Source: Chiloscyllium plagiosum
Taxonomy: Eukaryota
Assembly (NCBI RefSeq): GCF_004010195.1
Contig: NC_057755.1
Coordinates: 4,963,643 to 5,027,642, forward strand
DNA: 64,000 bases
Reading direction: 5' to 3'
The position numbers were made by a program, and so were the translations under genes. Position 1 is the stretch's first letter. Each line of letters begins with the position of its first letter. Positions 50,053 through 62,799 of this stretch are shown here, in pieces. Below the pieces are notes generated by a model. It saw only the letters and a list, made by a program, of their open reading frames with translations. It searched no databases and had not been told where the DNA came from.

Positions 50053-52072
50053 TGCTGCAAGAGAAAGCATGGCTTTGTCAAGGTGTGTCATTTCTGGCAT
50101 ATATAATTAAATTCGTTAGCAATTTGACACAGGCGGTGGATGAGGATAGTGCTGTGAATGTGATATGATTGAAGTTTCAGAAAACATTTAATATGGCACA
50201 TTGATTAGCAAGTCAGTTGTTTGTTCAGGATTATACTTTAGCAGCATGGATTGGCAGTTGTCTAACATATAGGAAATAGGGGAAAAATGTGGGAATAGGC
50301 ATTTCTCAGACTGGAGGCGAGTTGAAATTAGCATTCCATGGACTTTGGTTTTGGAATCCTTGCCTTTTCTGATTTAGTTAAGGGATTGGGAGATACTTAT
50401 CGGGGACTATTTTGCAGATGGTACGAAGCTGGGCAGAATGGTGAATTGTGAGGATGGATTTGAGGAACGTCAGGGAGTTATTGACAAGTTGTCCAAATGG
50501 GGAGACAACTGGCACCTGAATTTCAATGCAGAGAAATAGGAATTGATACACTTTTGGAGAAGAAACGCAGAGAGAGAATATAGGCTGAATTGTACCAACT
50601 TGAGAGGAGTACGGGAGCAGAGAATATCTGGAGTTAAGTGCACAATTCCCTGTGGGGTTAATTTGTAACAGTTGTTAAGAAGGCTTATACTATCCTGGCG
50701 TTTATAAACAGAGGGAGAGAGTAAAAAAGATCTAGCCAGTGGTGCTACACCTCCAAAAACCATTGGTCAGCCCACATTTGGGTCATTATGTTCATTTATG
50801 GGCACATTCGTTAATGAAGGATGTCAAAACCTAAAGAGATTTCAAAGAATATTTACTGGAATGATGCCAGGAATGAGGGAATTTTCATAAAAGATTAGAG
50901 AAGCTTACCACATTCTCCTTGGAGCAGCGAAGATTGAGTGAATACTTTATTGTGGTGTTGAAAACGATGAAGAATTTTGACTGGGTCAAGGAGGACATTT
51001 CGTCTCCATTGGCTGTTATGCCAGTAACTCGGTGTCACAATTTAAAAATTGTGAACAAGGCAGTGAGATGAGAGGAGAAACACCTTTGCTCCGGGAAATG
51101 TTGGGATGTGGAATGCATGGCCCTCGAGATTTGTGCGGGCAGATTCAATACTGTGTTTTGAAAGAAAGCAGAGTATATATTTGAAACTGATGAATTTAGA
51201 TAGCTTTGAAGAGTGGAACTACCTGCGCAGGTCTTCCTGGAGCTGGCACAGCCATGATGGATTCAATGGCCTCCACCTGTACTATAACGTTCTATGACAT
51301 TCTTGGAAATTCTGAGGACCATTGAGAATGCCTTTCACATTAAATGGAAATGATCAGTTGTGACAGTGAGAAATGCAATACTGCTGAATGGACCCCATAA
51401 CTGTTGAATTATTTCCCATTACTTTCCCAGAGTTTAATCTTCAGGGATGCCAACAAACTGGGAATTAGTCATAACTCGGTGGATCATGGAGATGAACATG
51501 CCGGATATGAAAACATGATAGTGGAAGCTTTGTTGTGGGCTTTACAGGGACTCTATGGAGTTCATTATCATTCATTTTCCAATCACTAACCCGGAAAATT
51601 ATGTCAACTGAACTCGGGACATCCATGCAGATCTGCACGTGACTGGGGGACTGGGCGGAGAACAGTCTATGTCTGCTGTGTATCAATTGGTGAACCGTTC
51701 ACTTAGAGTTTCCTAATAGATTGATTCACTGACCGCAGGAAATATTGGAATAGTCAGTCAGTTACGCTGTTTATTCCCAAGCATCTCTTCTGCCACACTC
51801 TGACTCGGCCCTACATTCCCCATCACCACCATCTATATTTGGTGTCAAACTAGTTTTGTTCATCAGGCCACCAGTGCCAATGGTGAATCGTTGATGAAGG
51901 TTTATGGTAAATACAACACTCATGCACGAGAATCACTCAGACTCACTGCTGCTCTGTCCTCAGGTAACTTTTGCTGCGACACTTTCTTTAAAGATGTTAG
52001 GAGATACTCCGGGAGAAGGTTGGATTGATGCTAGGCCTCCTTTCTCAGAGGTAACACCAACACAAAAGACCG

Positions 52073-52971
52073 CTAACATATTTTCTGCCTATTAGTTAAC
52101 AGAATAATTGGTGTGAATAGACATTTCACAGTGCTCTGCAAATGGTCTCTGAATTTGGATTGAGTTACCATGTAAATAAAAGTGTTTGTGCAGCAATTGA
52201 TGTTCTGCAGCAGAAACCCAACGTTTTCGAAAATATAAGATGAATTATCGTTTAAGTAATATACAGCATTAAAAAATTTTAAGACATATACAAGCCACAA
52301 AAGTATGAAGCTTCCGGAAATAGCAAAGAGCAAAATCACAGATTTCCTTCTGTTCTGCATTTCTGGGTCACTGGAATTCTTGCCCTTGTTGACACTCCTC
52401 AGTCCTTTGCGGACTCGACTTGCCAACAAAATGTGTCTGACTGTCAGTGCGTTGAATAATATCATTAACACAAATGGGGGTATTGGCGTTAAAATGGCAT
52501 CGAATCGAGAAAACATCACCCACCCAGGTTCAGTAAAATAACTAGGCTTGATAGAACACAACCATGGCACCTTGCCAATTAATTCTGAAGGTTCATATAC
52601 AAAGTAGAAAGGAATATTTTTCATTAACAGTAGAATGAATGTCATTCCTAGAATCAAAGCTGCGGTTTTCTCAGTACAATATTTAGTTTTAATTTTCTGG
52701 CAGCAGATGAATACAAATCGATCAAAGCAGAAAGTGAGAGTGAACCAGACTGAACAATCTGTGGCTGCACAACTGAGGACACTGAGAATGCTTCAGACAG
52801 GAGTGATGTCCAAGAAACATAATGGGAAATAATAAGCATTAATTTGTCTCAGTAAGACCTCGATGATAATGAGCAATAGATCTGCTACTGCCATGGCGAC
52901 GAGATAACGCGTGATGCAGTTGCTCAGTCCACACTTCTGCCGATACAAGATTATAATCACTATGACATTGA
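52073..52971 (-). pseudogene. GPR139-like GPCR pseudogene, exon 2
   Basis: Acceptor ttttgcag; 899 nt without frameshift: VNVIVIIILYRQKCGLSNCITRYLVAMAVAD...DITPV*SIL...NRQKIC*. One in-frame TGA at 52793-52795 replaces the conserved TM3 cysteine. Confidence 0.92.
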
Positions 52972-53584
52972 CTGCAAAAGCGGGTGATAAAATAAAAGAA
53001 ATTAGTCACAAAGGAATTTCTGTTCATGAGCTGACATATTTTGCGTTGAATTTAGCACATTTAACCAGAGCCCATTCATTTAAATGAGAAGTTTACCTTC
53101 TCAACAGCCCCAGGTCCCCCATTCTGGAAGGTTCCCTGTAATATATTTTGGCCGCAGTAAACCGCAGGTAACTGAAACCGCAGAAAATGATTCCATCATA
53201 CGGGGATCGCTCTGTACTGGTCGTGATTTTACCTGAGGGCGACCACACATCAGGAAAGTAGAGAGACTGAGACGCAGAGTCCTTCGTGTTAATCTCAGCC
53301 ACCAATGGCAATTGAACACACACTGTTGGCACTATACTCTTTCACAAACTATCTTTTCAGCCTACTAAACTATCCCTACACCCAACAATGGCGTTCGGTT
53401 ATAGCTGGTTTCAAGTTTTCGCATTGACCTCTGTGGACTCAAGATACACAGCAAGTGGCAGCTAAAGGGAAATAAATTCATCGTTTTTACGATACCTCTC
53501 ATGCGACACGAGGAGATTGGTTGGTGAACATTCTCAGCCACTTTCTGACTACCACGAAAAGCATAGAGTCAGAGAGAGAGAGAG

Positions 53585-54190
53585 ACAGACCTGTACGACA
53601 TGGAAACAGAACCTTCGGTCCGACTCGTCCATGCCGACCAAATATCCCAAACCAATCTGTTCCTACCTTCCAGCATCTGGCCCATATCCCTCTAAACCCT
53701 TCCTATTCATATACCCATGCAGATGCCGTTTAATTGTTGCAATTGTGCTCGCCTCCACCACTTCCTCTGGCAGCTCATTCCATACACGCACCACCCTCTG
53801 TGTGAAAAAGGTAGCCCTTAGGTCCCTTTTATATTTTTCCTTTTTCACCCTAAACCTGCGGCCTCTAGTTCTGGACTCCTCCACTCCAGGAGGAAAAGAC
53901 TTTGTCTATTTATCCGATCCATGCCCGTCATGATTTTATAAACCTCTATAAGGTCAGCCCTGAGTCTCTGTTGCCCTGGGGAAAACAGCCCTAGCTTATT
54001 CAACCTCTCCCTGTAGCTCAAACATTCCAATCCTAGCAATATGCTTATAAATCTATTCTGAACCCTTTTACGTTTCACAACAGGATTCCAATAGGAAGGA
54101 GACCAGAATTTCGCGCAATATTCCAGAAGCGGCTTAACCAATGTCCTATACAGCCAAAATATGACCTCTCAACCCCTGTACTCAATAGTC
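53585..54190 (-). mobile_element. CR1 LINE 3' fragment
   Basis: VKPLLEYCAKFWSP, LSYRERLNKLGLFS, FFTQRVVRVWNELPEEVV. Confidence 0.9.
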
Positions 54191-55477
54191 TGACCAATAA
54201 ACATTATCCAAGTGTTGGAGATCGATCCCCTTCCAGGATATCTGTTCAGTAAACTGCTTAAGGAAGAGTTCACTCTTGTTCTGCGATCTTCCTCAGCGAC
54301 CTCTCCATCAGAGTATTGGTCAAAATTGGCAACCAACATGCCTTCCTGAAGGAATACATTCACATTGAAAAGAAACAAGAAACTATCGAACCACAGAGGG
54401 TGGACAGCTTCAGAGTTTCAGATTATCCCGCCAATCACTGCACAAAGGATCAGAAGTCAACTTGCTTAATACCGCTATGCAAAGAATTGAGCAATAGTGA
54501 TGTACCAGATAATATCTATGGACAGAGAGACCGAGTGACAGCTTCGGTTTGATACGCTTTGAGCAGAATGCAAATCTTTCGAAGGGTGCAGATATTTAAC
54601 GAAACAGTGAAAACTAAAAGGTGGGTATCGGTTATGTGGGGGTAGGGCGATTTGGAGACCGCATAAGCAAAGAAACACAAAAATATTAGGATCAGTTTTG
54701 TTGATTAAGCCCTACGAGTCTACTCGGCCATAATATCAGGGATGGTCATCGAACTCAGTCACCTGTTTCTTCTTCTCCCCACATATCCTTTGATTCCTTA
54801 CACTCCAAGGTCGATAATAAAAGTCCTTCCTGAAATCACACAATGTTTTCGTTTCAGCTAAGTGAAAGTGGGTACTGCAGATGTTGGAGATTAGAGTCAA
54901 AATTATAGTGGTGCTGTAAAAGCACTGCTCGTCAGGCAGCATTCGACGAGAGGAATATCGACTTTTTGGGCAAAAGACCTTCATCAGGAAAGTCCTGAAC
55001 TTCCTGCTCCTTGGATGCTTCCAGACCTACTGTGCTTTTCCACCATCACTCTAACGTTTTCTTATTGATTGCTTTCTCTGTAGCGAATACCACAGGTTCT
55101 GGATGAAGAAATTTCACCGCATCTCAATCGGTATGTCTTCCCACGAATCCTTAAATTTGGACCCTGGATCTGGATTCGCTGGGAAAAGCCGTCCTGCTGA
55201 TATCCCAAACAGCCCTGTTGGAATTTTGCAGGGCCGTATGAGAGTTTCCTCTCATTCATCTGAAATCTAGCTAATACAATGTTATTATTGAGCGAAAGGC
55301 ATGGTTGATTTAACGATAAACGTTATCAGGACTATGATAAAACGAATAAAAAAAGTTACTGCAGTTGGGACGAAATGATTGAGAAATTCTTAGAGCCGAG
55401 AGATCCGGAGGAGGGGTCCTTCGATAATCTGTCCTCAGTGTGCGTAAAGACCTTTATATACCAGTGCGTGGACCATA

Positions 55478-56010
55478 GGAATAAAGGAGCAGGAGTAAGT
55501 CGTTCAGCTCCTCAAGTCTGTTCGACCATTCAATTGGATCATGCTAATTCTATGGCCAAACTCAGAAATCTGCGTTTAGCCCATATGCCTTCATTAATTT
55601 GCTTGACACACATATGATTAACGCAGATTTAAAATTAAGAACTTTCATTTGTTGAAGAGAATTCCAAACCTCCACCACCCATTATGTGTCGAAGTGCGTC
55701 TGAATATCCTCCCTTAATGGGCTTGCCCTAATTCAAATACTATACCCTCATCCTAATTCCCAACCAGTGAAAGTATCTTTATCTACCCTGTCTATTCCCG
55801 TTAATATTTTGAAGGCTTTGATCAGATCATGCCTTCACCTTCTAAATTCTCGAGGAAACGATACAGTTTGCATAATCTCTCCGTGTAACTGAACCCAGAA
55901 GTCCAGGCATTATTCTCGTAAACCTACATTGTACTCCTCGAAGGACAATCTATCCTTCCTAACGTCTGGTATCCAGATCTGCTCGCAGTGCTCCAAATGG
56001 GGTCAAAGCA
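55478..56010 (-). mobile_element. CR1 LINE 3' fragment
   Basis: Plus strand starts with the reversed tail aggaataaaggagcaggagtaagtcgttcagc, then decayed C-terminal coding sequence. Confidence 0.7.
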
Positions 56011-58288
56011 CTCTGTTTATTTACAACAGCTCACTCCAGATTGAAATTCTGCGTTCTCCAATCACAGCCCAGATACAAAAAACGTGCCGACACCTGTTCA
56101 ACACTTGCTGCCTCTGACGTAGATATTTCCTGTAGTATATTCTAGCTCTGAAAGTGGGATCTGTTGTTAAGATACAAAGCAAAGGTCTCAGAATGCAACA
56201 GGAATAAAAAGGCTGATGTCCTCCATTTAGATAAATAGCAGACGTTTGCAGGAGCTACAGACCAAATCTATATATTCGACATAATAGAAGGAAAAAATGT
56301 TGACGTTGACCATGTAAGACCATGAGCCGATGAAGAAGATGGGAATTCTAGAGTGAGCAGGGAATGAAGGAATCGAAGCAAACACGAGTCAAGCTTCAAC
56401 ACAACATCATGGGCCACAGGGCCTGTTCTGTGCTGTACTTTTCTAAGTGGTGATTGGACCAGTGGAAGGCGATCAGTGGGAATTGATGCAGCAATGATTT
56501 TGTGCTGTCTGTCAAGAGACAATGGGATATGGGAAGAGAAAGGAGAATGTTCTGAACAGACAATATCAGAAATTAGGCAGGTGGTTAAAACTAAAGCCCT
56601 CAAAGGTAGCAATAACTTGATTACTCCGTGTGCCACATGCTTATGAGAGTGGGAATGCAAGGATAGGGCAGATGAATGTGTGACTGGGGTTCTGGAGGTG
56701 CGGTGGAGAAGGATTCACATTTCTGCATCGTTGGAATCTCTTCTAGTGTAGAAGTCACATGTACAATACGGACGGAATGCACATTAATTGGAACAGAACC
56801 AATATCCTGGTGGGGACATTTGCTCGAGCTGTTCATGAGGATTTAAACTTATTAATTGGAGATAAGGGTGTGAGCAATGACTCAGTAAGAAAAGTCTGAG
56901 CTTGGTACCGTTTAGGAGAGGAGCCCGTCAAATAGTGAAGGCAGGAAGGAAAAAACAGACAACGAAGTCAGACTAATAAATCAAATGTCTTTTAGTGCAA
57001 TGTAAGAGGCTTGACAGGTAAGGCAGATGGACCCAGGGCGTGGCTGTAGATATGGAACTGGGACATCATAGCTATTATAGAAACATGGTTCAAGGGAGGG
57101 AAGGACTGGCAGGGTTCATTGATTATTTATGAAGCAGTGCTTACCAGTGCGTACAGTTTTGTTGGATTTTCAAGGTGGGGTAGAAACTACTGCTACTGAC
57201 TCATATCCAGTGTGAGTTTACCATGATTGCATCCACATTGTGTTGCAAATGTCCTCGGATCACGCTAGTCAGTCACCAATATTCGGACAGTGAATCTCTC
57301 CAATCAGTGGCCAATGGGCCAAGTGATCCTGTTAGTGAATAAACTTCGCAAAATTGCACAATGACAGAGGATCTGTGTAATACATGGGGTCCTCAAAATG
57401 TAATGATACACATGCAGTATACTTTTATATTGCATTGGTTTCCTCCTTTCTCCGAGCAGTTCTTTGCACTAAAATCAGAATTAATGGTGCATGTGCTGGG
57501 AGACATCAAAGATTCAGAGAATCGGCCTGTTGTGTGAGAAATAGGGCTCGTGTTCAGAAAAGAAATCGAGACAAATAACCTAGGTAATAGCAAAGGGTTA
57601 TTCATTCAGGATACAGCATAGAAATGCAGATGCTGGAGATCTAAAACCAAAAAAAGGAGCTGTTGGAGAATATACGCAGGTCCAAAAGTATCTGTTGACG
57701 AAGAGAAAGAAGAGTTAATGTTTCGAGGCCAGAGACCCTTGTTCAGAGCTTAAAGGAAGATTTCAAAGAAAGGTCGTTGGACACAAAGCATTAGCTCTGC
57801 TTTCGCATTCTGTCCACAGATGCTGCCAGACCAGCTGAGTTTCTTCACAATTTCTGTTTTCGTTACTTATTAAGGATACTTGGTTAAGCTAAGTGTTCAG
57901 GTAGACTCTGGTGACTCAAAGGTTGATTTCTGATGCAGAAGAACACCAAAGATGTGGGTTCAACACGCTACATCGGCCGAGGTTACCACGAAGAGCTCTT
58001 CTTCTCAATCTCTCGCCTCACTTGATATGTCGTGACCCTAAGGTTAAACCACATCTAATCATCTCTCTCTGAATTGAAACAATAGCCCTGTTGCCTGATG
58101 GGACGATGCTGACTATCACTGAACAACATAAAAGAATAATAGTTCAGTATGTGAATGCATATCAATCCCTCAACAATGGCAGTAAGCAAATAAATCTGAA
58201 AGAGCTGCAGTTGCTGTCAATCCGCAAGGTTAAAATAAATGGCTGGAAAAGTTCAGCAGGTCTGGGAGCATCGATGTAGAGAAATCAG

Positions 58289-60545
58289 TGTATTATGGAC
58301 CCGGACAGACCCCTCTTAAAACATTTCGAGGAAGGAGCCCAGCCCCTAACTTTGCCAGTTGTTTTCAACAGGTGTAACATGTATATTCCAGGAGAGATGC
58401 AAATCGTCACACGACTTAGTTTTGAACAAAACAGAATTTATTTACAAGATCACTGAATGAAACACAAACAAAAGAGAACAGAAAATAGAATAACTTACCC
58501 TTTCCAAAAGCACAGCAGACTAACTAACTTAAAAATGCTATTCCGAATAAATGCAACAATCCCCTGTCAAAGACAGAAGTGGGAAGTTGAGTGTGGAACC
58601 TGTGGAGGTACTAAACGAACATTTCTGATCAGTTTTCACTCAGGAAAAGGAGAGTATTGTAGAGGAGAAGAATGATGTACGAGATATTAGACTAGAAAGG
58701 ATCGAGGTTAGTTACGAATAGGTGTTAGCAGTTCTAGAAGGAGTTAAATTAGACAAGTCCACTGGGCCAGATGGGATTTATCCGAGGATTCTCTGGGAAG
58801 CGAGGGAGGAGATAGCAGAGCCTTAGGGTTTGATATTTGAGTCGTCATTGTCTACAGGTTTAGTAGCAGAGCATTGGAGGACTGTAAATGTGCCCTTGTT
58901 CAGGAAGGGCAGTAGAGAGACCCAGGTATTTATAGACCAATGAGCTTTGCTTCTGTTGTAGGAAAGGTTTATAAGCGATAAGATTTATAATAATCTAGCA
59001 AGCAACAATTTGCCTTCAGATAGTCAACTTGGTTTTGTCAAGGGCAGATCATGTCTCACAAACATCATTAAGTTTTTTGAGAAGGTGACCAGACATGTAG
59101 ATGAGGGTAGGGCAGTTGACGTGCTATACATGGACTTCAGTAAAGTCTTCGATAAGTCTCTGCGTGGTAAGCTGTTGGAGAAAATGCAGATACATGGAAT
59201 TGAAGGTGATTTAGCAGTTTGGATTAGAATCTGGCTTTCTGAAAGAAGGCAGCGAGCAGTGGTTGATGGAAAATATTTAGCCTGGAGTCTGGTTACTAGT
59301 GGTGTATCACAATGATCTATTTTGGGACCACTGCTGTTTGTCATTTTTATAAATGACTTTGACACAGGCATAGGTGAATGGATTAGTAAATTTGCAGACG
59401 ACACTACAGTCGTTGGAGTAGTGGACAATTTGGAAGAATGTTACAGGTTGCAGGGGGACTTGTATAAACTGCAGAATTGGGCTGAGAAGTGGCAAATGGA
59501 ATTCAATGCAGCTAAATATGAGGTGATGCACTTTGGGAAGAATAACAGGAAGGCAGAGTACTGGGTCAATGGAAAGATTCTTGATAGTGTGGATATGCAG
59601 AGGGATCTTGGAGTCCATGTATATAGATCCCTGAAAGTTGCCACCGATTTGGATAGTGCTGTTAAGAAGGCGGTAGAGAGATTGTGTTCTGGAGCCACAA
59701 TATCATGTTGCAACGATACAAAACGCTGGTGTGGCCACACTTGGAATATTGTGTCCAGTTCTGGCCCCATTTTTCGGGAAGGATGTGGATGCGTTGGAAA
59801 AGGTGCAGAGGAGGTTTACCAGGGTGTTTCCTGGTCTGGAGGGAAGTTCTTATGAGGAAAGGCTAAGAGACTTGGGTCTGTTCTCATTGGAAAGAAGAAG
59901 TCTAAGGGGGATTTGATAGAGACATTCAAGGTGATCAGATGATTGGATAGGGTGGACGGCAAAAGTTTTTTTTTCTAGTATGATGACGGCAGCTTGTACG
60001 ATGGGGCATAACTACAAATTAAGGGGTGATAGATGTCAGAGGCAGGTTCTTTATGCAGAGAGTGGTAAGTGCATGGAATGCCCTACTTGCTAACGTAGTC
60101 AGCTCAGCCACATTAGGGAGATTTAAACAATCCATATAAGCACATGGATGATTTTTGGCATAGTGTAGGAGGACGACCTGAGAACAATTCACAGGTCGGC
60201 GCAACATCGAGTGCCAAAGGGCCTGTTCTGCGCTGTGTTGTTTTATGTTATATGTGCTAAATAGCCCTAAACCCAAAAGGTAAATTCAAACCGTGGTCTG
60301 ACAGGAGAAATGTCAAACAGAGAGAGAATGATCAGCTTGGACCTGCTTCTTTAGGGTCCAGCAGGCTTTCTCAAATCTACTGTGCTGAAACCAAAACAAA
60401 CCAAAGTAAATCTGAACTGGGAGAACTGGCCACTCCCCTTTCTTTGTACAAGTGATTTTTGTTTTAAATGTTGAAAGCCTGTTGCCTGAGGCAGTAGCTG
60501 TAGTAAAATTGGCCCAATAACCCTTCAACTTAGACATAACGGAGT
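58289..60545. mobile_element. Probable solo LTR split by a CR1 insertion (pieces 58289-58564 and about 60255-60545)
   Basis: Begins tgtattatggacc and ends near gacataac; tttatt present; LTR-like sequence resumes after the LINE tail. Confidence 0.45.
58565..60253 (+). mobile_element. 5'-truncated CR1 LINE, RT region to 3' tail
   Basis: QLGFVKGRSCLTN, YMDFSKVFDK, GPLLFVIFIND, SKFADDT, WQMEFNAAK, LEYCV, LGLFSLERR. Confidence 0.93.
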
Positions 60546-60751
60546 CTATGTCTTTTACAATAGCTCTGAACAAAAATACAAAGAAAACATAATTGAAAAG
60601 AGCACTATCGTCACACGGGGAAACATTAACTTTGAATTCGTTCAAAGATGCTGCCAAATCTTCACAGATCTTCCAGCAATTTCTGTTTCAGTTAAAGCAG
60701 TAACCAGTTCCCAAACAGATTCGCAAACATGAAGTAGTTATTGTCACTTAC

Positions 60752-60838
60752 CAGGAACACCAATGATGGCATGCCCTACTTGCTAACGTAGTCAACTCAG
60801 TACAGTATTTTAGATACACTGAGGAATACGTCTAGCAT
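60752..60838 (-). pseudogene. GPR139-like GPCR exon 1, disrupted; likely partner of exon 2 at 52073-52971
   Basis: agaaaaATG MLDVFLSVSKILY [30-nt foreign insert with TGA and TAG] AIIGVP plus G, donor GTAAGT; 87 nt versus 67 nt in the intact paralog. Confidence 0.85.
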
Positions 60839-60913
60839 TTTTCTCCGTGAACTGGTCTGTGGTGTCGCATCTGAATGTATTAAAATTGAGGCACGAAATT
60901 AATGCAGCCTGGG

Positions 60914-60920
60914 ATTTATA
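60914..60920 (-). promoter_or_regulatory. Putative TATA box of the GPCR pseudogene
   Basis: gTATAAAT 82 nt upstream of the ATG at 60838. Confidence 0.55.
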
Positions 60921-61319
60921 CCTGCGCGAGGTCTGTAGGGATTTGAAGGTTGTTACACGTCTTTGCTTTCGATGTGAGCAACAAGCATCACATTGGTATA
61001 CATAAGAACAATAGACTTGAGGATTGGGAGCGGTTTAGGTTTCAGCAAGGGAGAACACAGGGATTGATTTAGTTGGAGAGAGAAGGAAAATGAGGGTGAG
61101 CTTGCAGAGAAGAAAATAAAACGATTGTTGCATATTCTTTAGGCTTTTGAAGAGAAAAGAATTAATGAAGTCAAATGGAGATCCCTTACAAATTCAAGTA
61201 GAAATAATGGGAAACAAAATTTAATACAGACTTAACTTCGTTTTTCACAAACGAGGTCACAAAAGAACTCAGATAATATTGGGGGACAGAGAGTCCAATG
61301 AGATGAATAAATCATTGAG

Positions 61320-61690
61320 ACCCTTCAGCCCATCGAGCTCGACCCAGAAAACAAATTACCCTCTACGTACACAAGTCCAACATTCCACCATTTGGTCCAT
61401 AGCCTTGAATGACATAACATTTCGAGTGCTTAACCAAATGCCTTTTAAAGCTTGTGAGGTTTATGTCTCCACCAACTTCATAGACAGTGCATTTCAGAAC
61501 CCCGCCACGATTTGGGAGGAAATATTCCCTCAAATCCCCTTTAAATCTCCTGCCTTTCATTTTAAAATCATCCCTGCTTGTTACTATCCTTCAGTGAGGG
61601 AACAGAAGCTTTCTATCCAGATTACCATGCTTCTCATAATCTGAGAAGACATCACCCAGGTCTCCTTATGCATTCTCTGCTCTAAAGAGT
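61320..61690 (-). mobile_element. CR1 LINE 3' fragment
   Basis: MKGRRFKGDLREYFLP...LTSFKRHL. Confidence 0.75.
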
Positions 61691-62799
61691 GAGTGAATTA
61701 CATCAGGGCGAGTGAGAATGACATCAGCCCGAGTGAGAAAATGGTGTTGGGCAAACTGATGAGATTAAAACACATAAATCCCTGAGGCCCAATAATTAAC
61801 ATCCCAGAGTATTTAACGAAATAGCCCAAAGAGTAATGATGCATTAATGCTCACCTTCCAAGACTCCAGAAAAAAGTGAGGACTGCAGATTCAGGACATT
61901 AGAGTTGAGAGTGTGATGCTGGAAAAGGTCAGGTAGCATCCGAGGGGCAGGAGGGTCGTCGCTTCGGGGATGAAGGGCTCTTGCCTGAAACGTTGATTCT
62001 CCGGCTCCTCGCATTCTGCCTGACTTGCTGTGCTTTCCCAGCACCTCACCCTCGACCTTCAAAGACTCTATCGACTCTGGAACAGAAGAACACCAGAATA
62101 TAAGAACGAGGAGCAGCAGTAGCCCATTCGGTCCCTCGAGACTGCTGCTCCAGTCCTTACGAACGCAGTTGATCTGAAGTTGACCTCAGCTTCACTTTCC
62201 TATCGTCTGTAGCCCCTCAAGCCATTGCTGATCAAGAATGTCCGTGTCCTCTTTAAATGTACTCAATGTCCCTGCATCCACCAATGCCTGAGAGTGTAAA
62301 TTCTGCAGATGTGTGATCCTTTTGAGAGCAACATTTCCTCCACATCTCTGATTTAAATCGGCTAAGCTCTTATCCTCAATCAGTGAATTCTAATCCTCGA
62401 CTGGCCCATGCAGGAATGCATCCTCTGTTTGTCTACTTTGCCAATACCCTTTCGCATCTTATGTTCCTCAATTTGATTTCTTATAATTCTTTGAAATCCC
62501 GAGACTGTAGGCCAAAACTCCTCAATCTCAATTCAGAGGAGAGTTCCTAAGTGGGGATTGGTGCGTCCCTGATGTAATTTGAATATTTAAAGTGAGAAAA
62601 AAATTAATTAAAAACCCGTTAGAATGAAATCCAAATCGGAACCAATGCATTGCTGGTGTTTTTATCTGTGTTTAACTTCCATCCCTCCTCAGACATCCAA
62701 CGACAGTACAACTATTTATCCAAGATCATATTAATCTCGAAGAGGACCAAACAGGATCAATTCAAGAAGGTTGTTCCTGATTAAGGTCTCCAGAACGAG

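Larger units (their letters stand above)
49134..57837 (-). repeat. Right arm of large inverted segmental duplication (partner 1-4660)
   Basis: Colinear reverse-complement similarity; contains about 4.3 kb (53160-57470) absent from the left arm. Confidence 0.92.

Noticed and set aside
52793..52795. Single in-frame TGA at a conserved Cys, suggesting selenocysteine recoding
   Set aside because: TGY>TGA is a one-step nonsense change, the paralogs have Cys, I see no SECIS, and the likely exon 1 (60752-60838) is separately destroyed.
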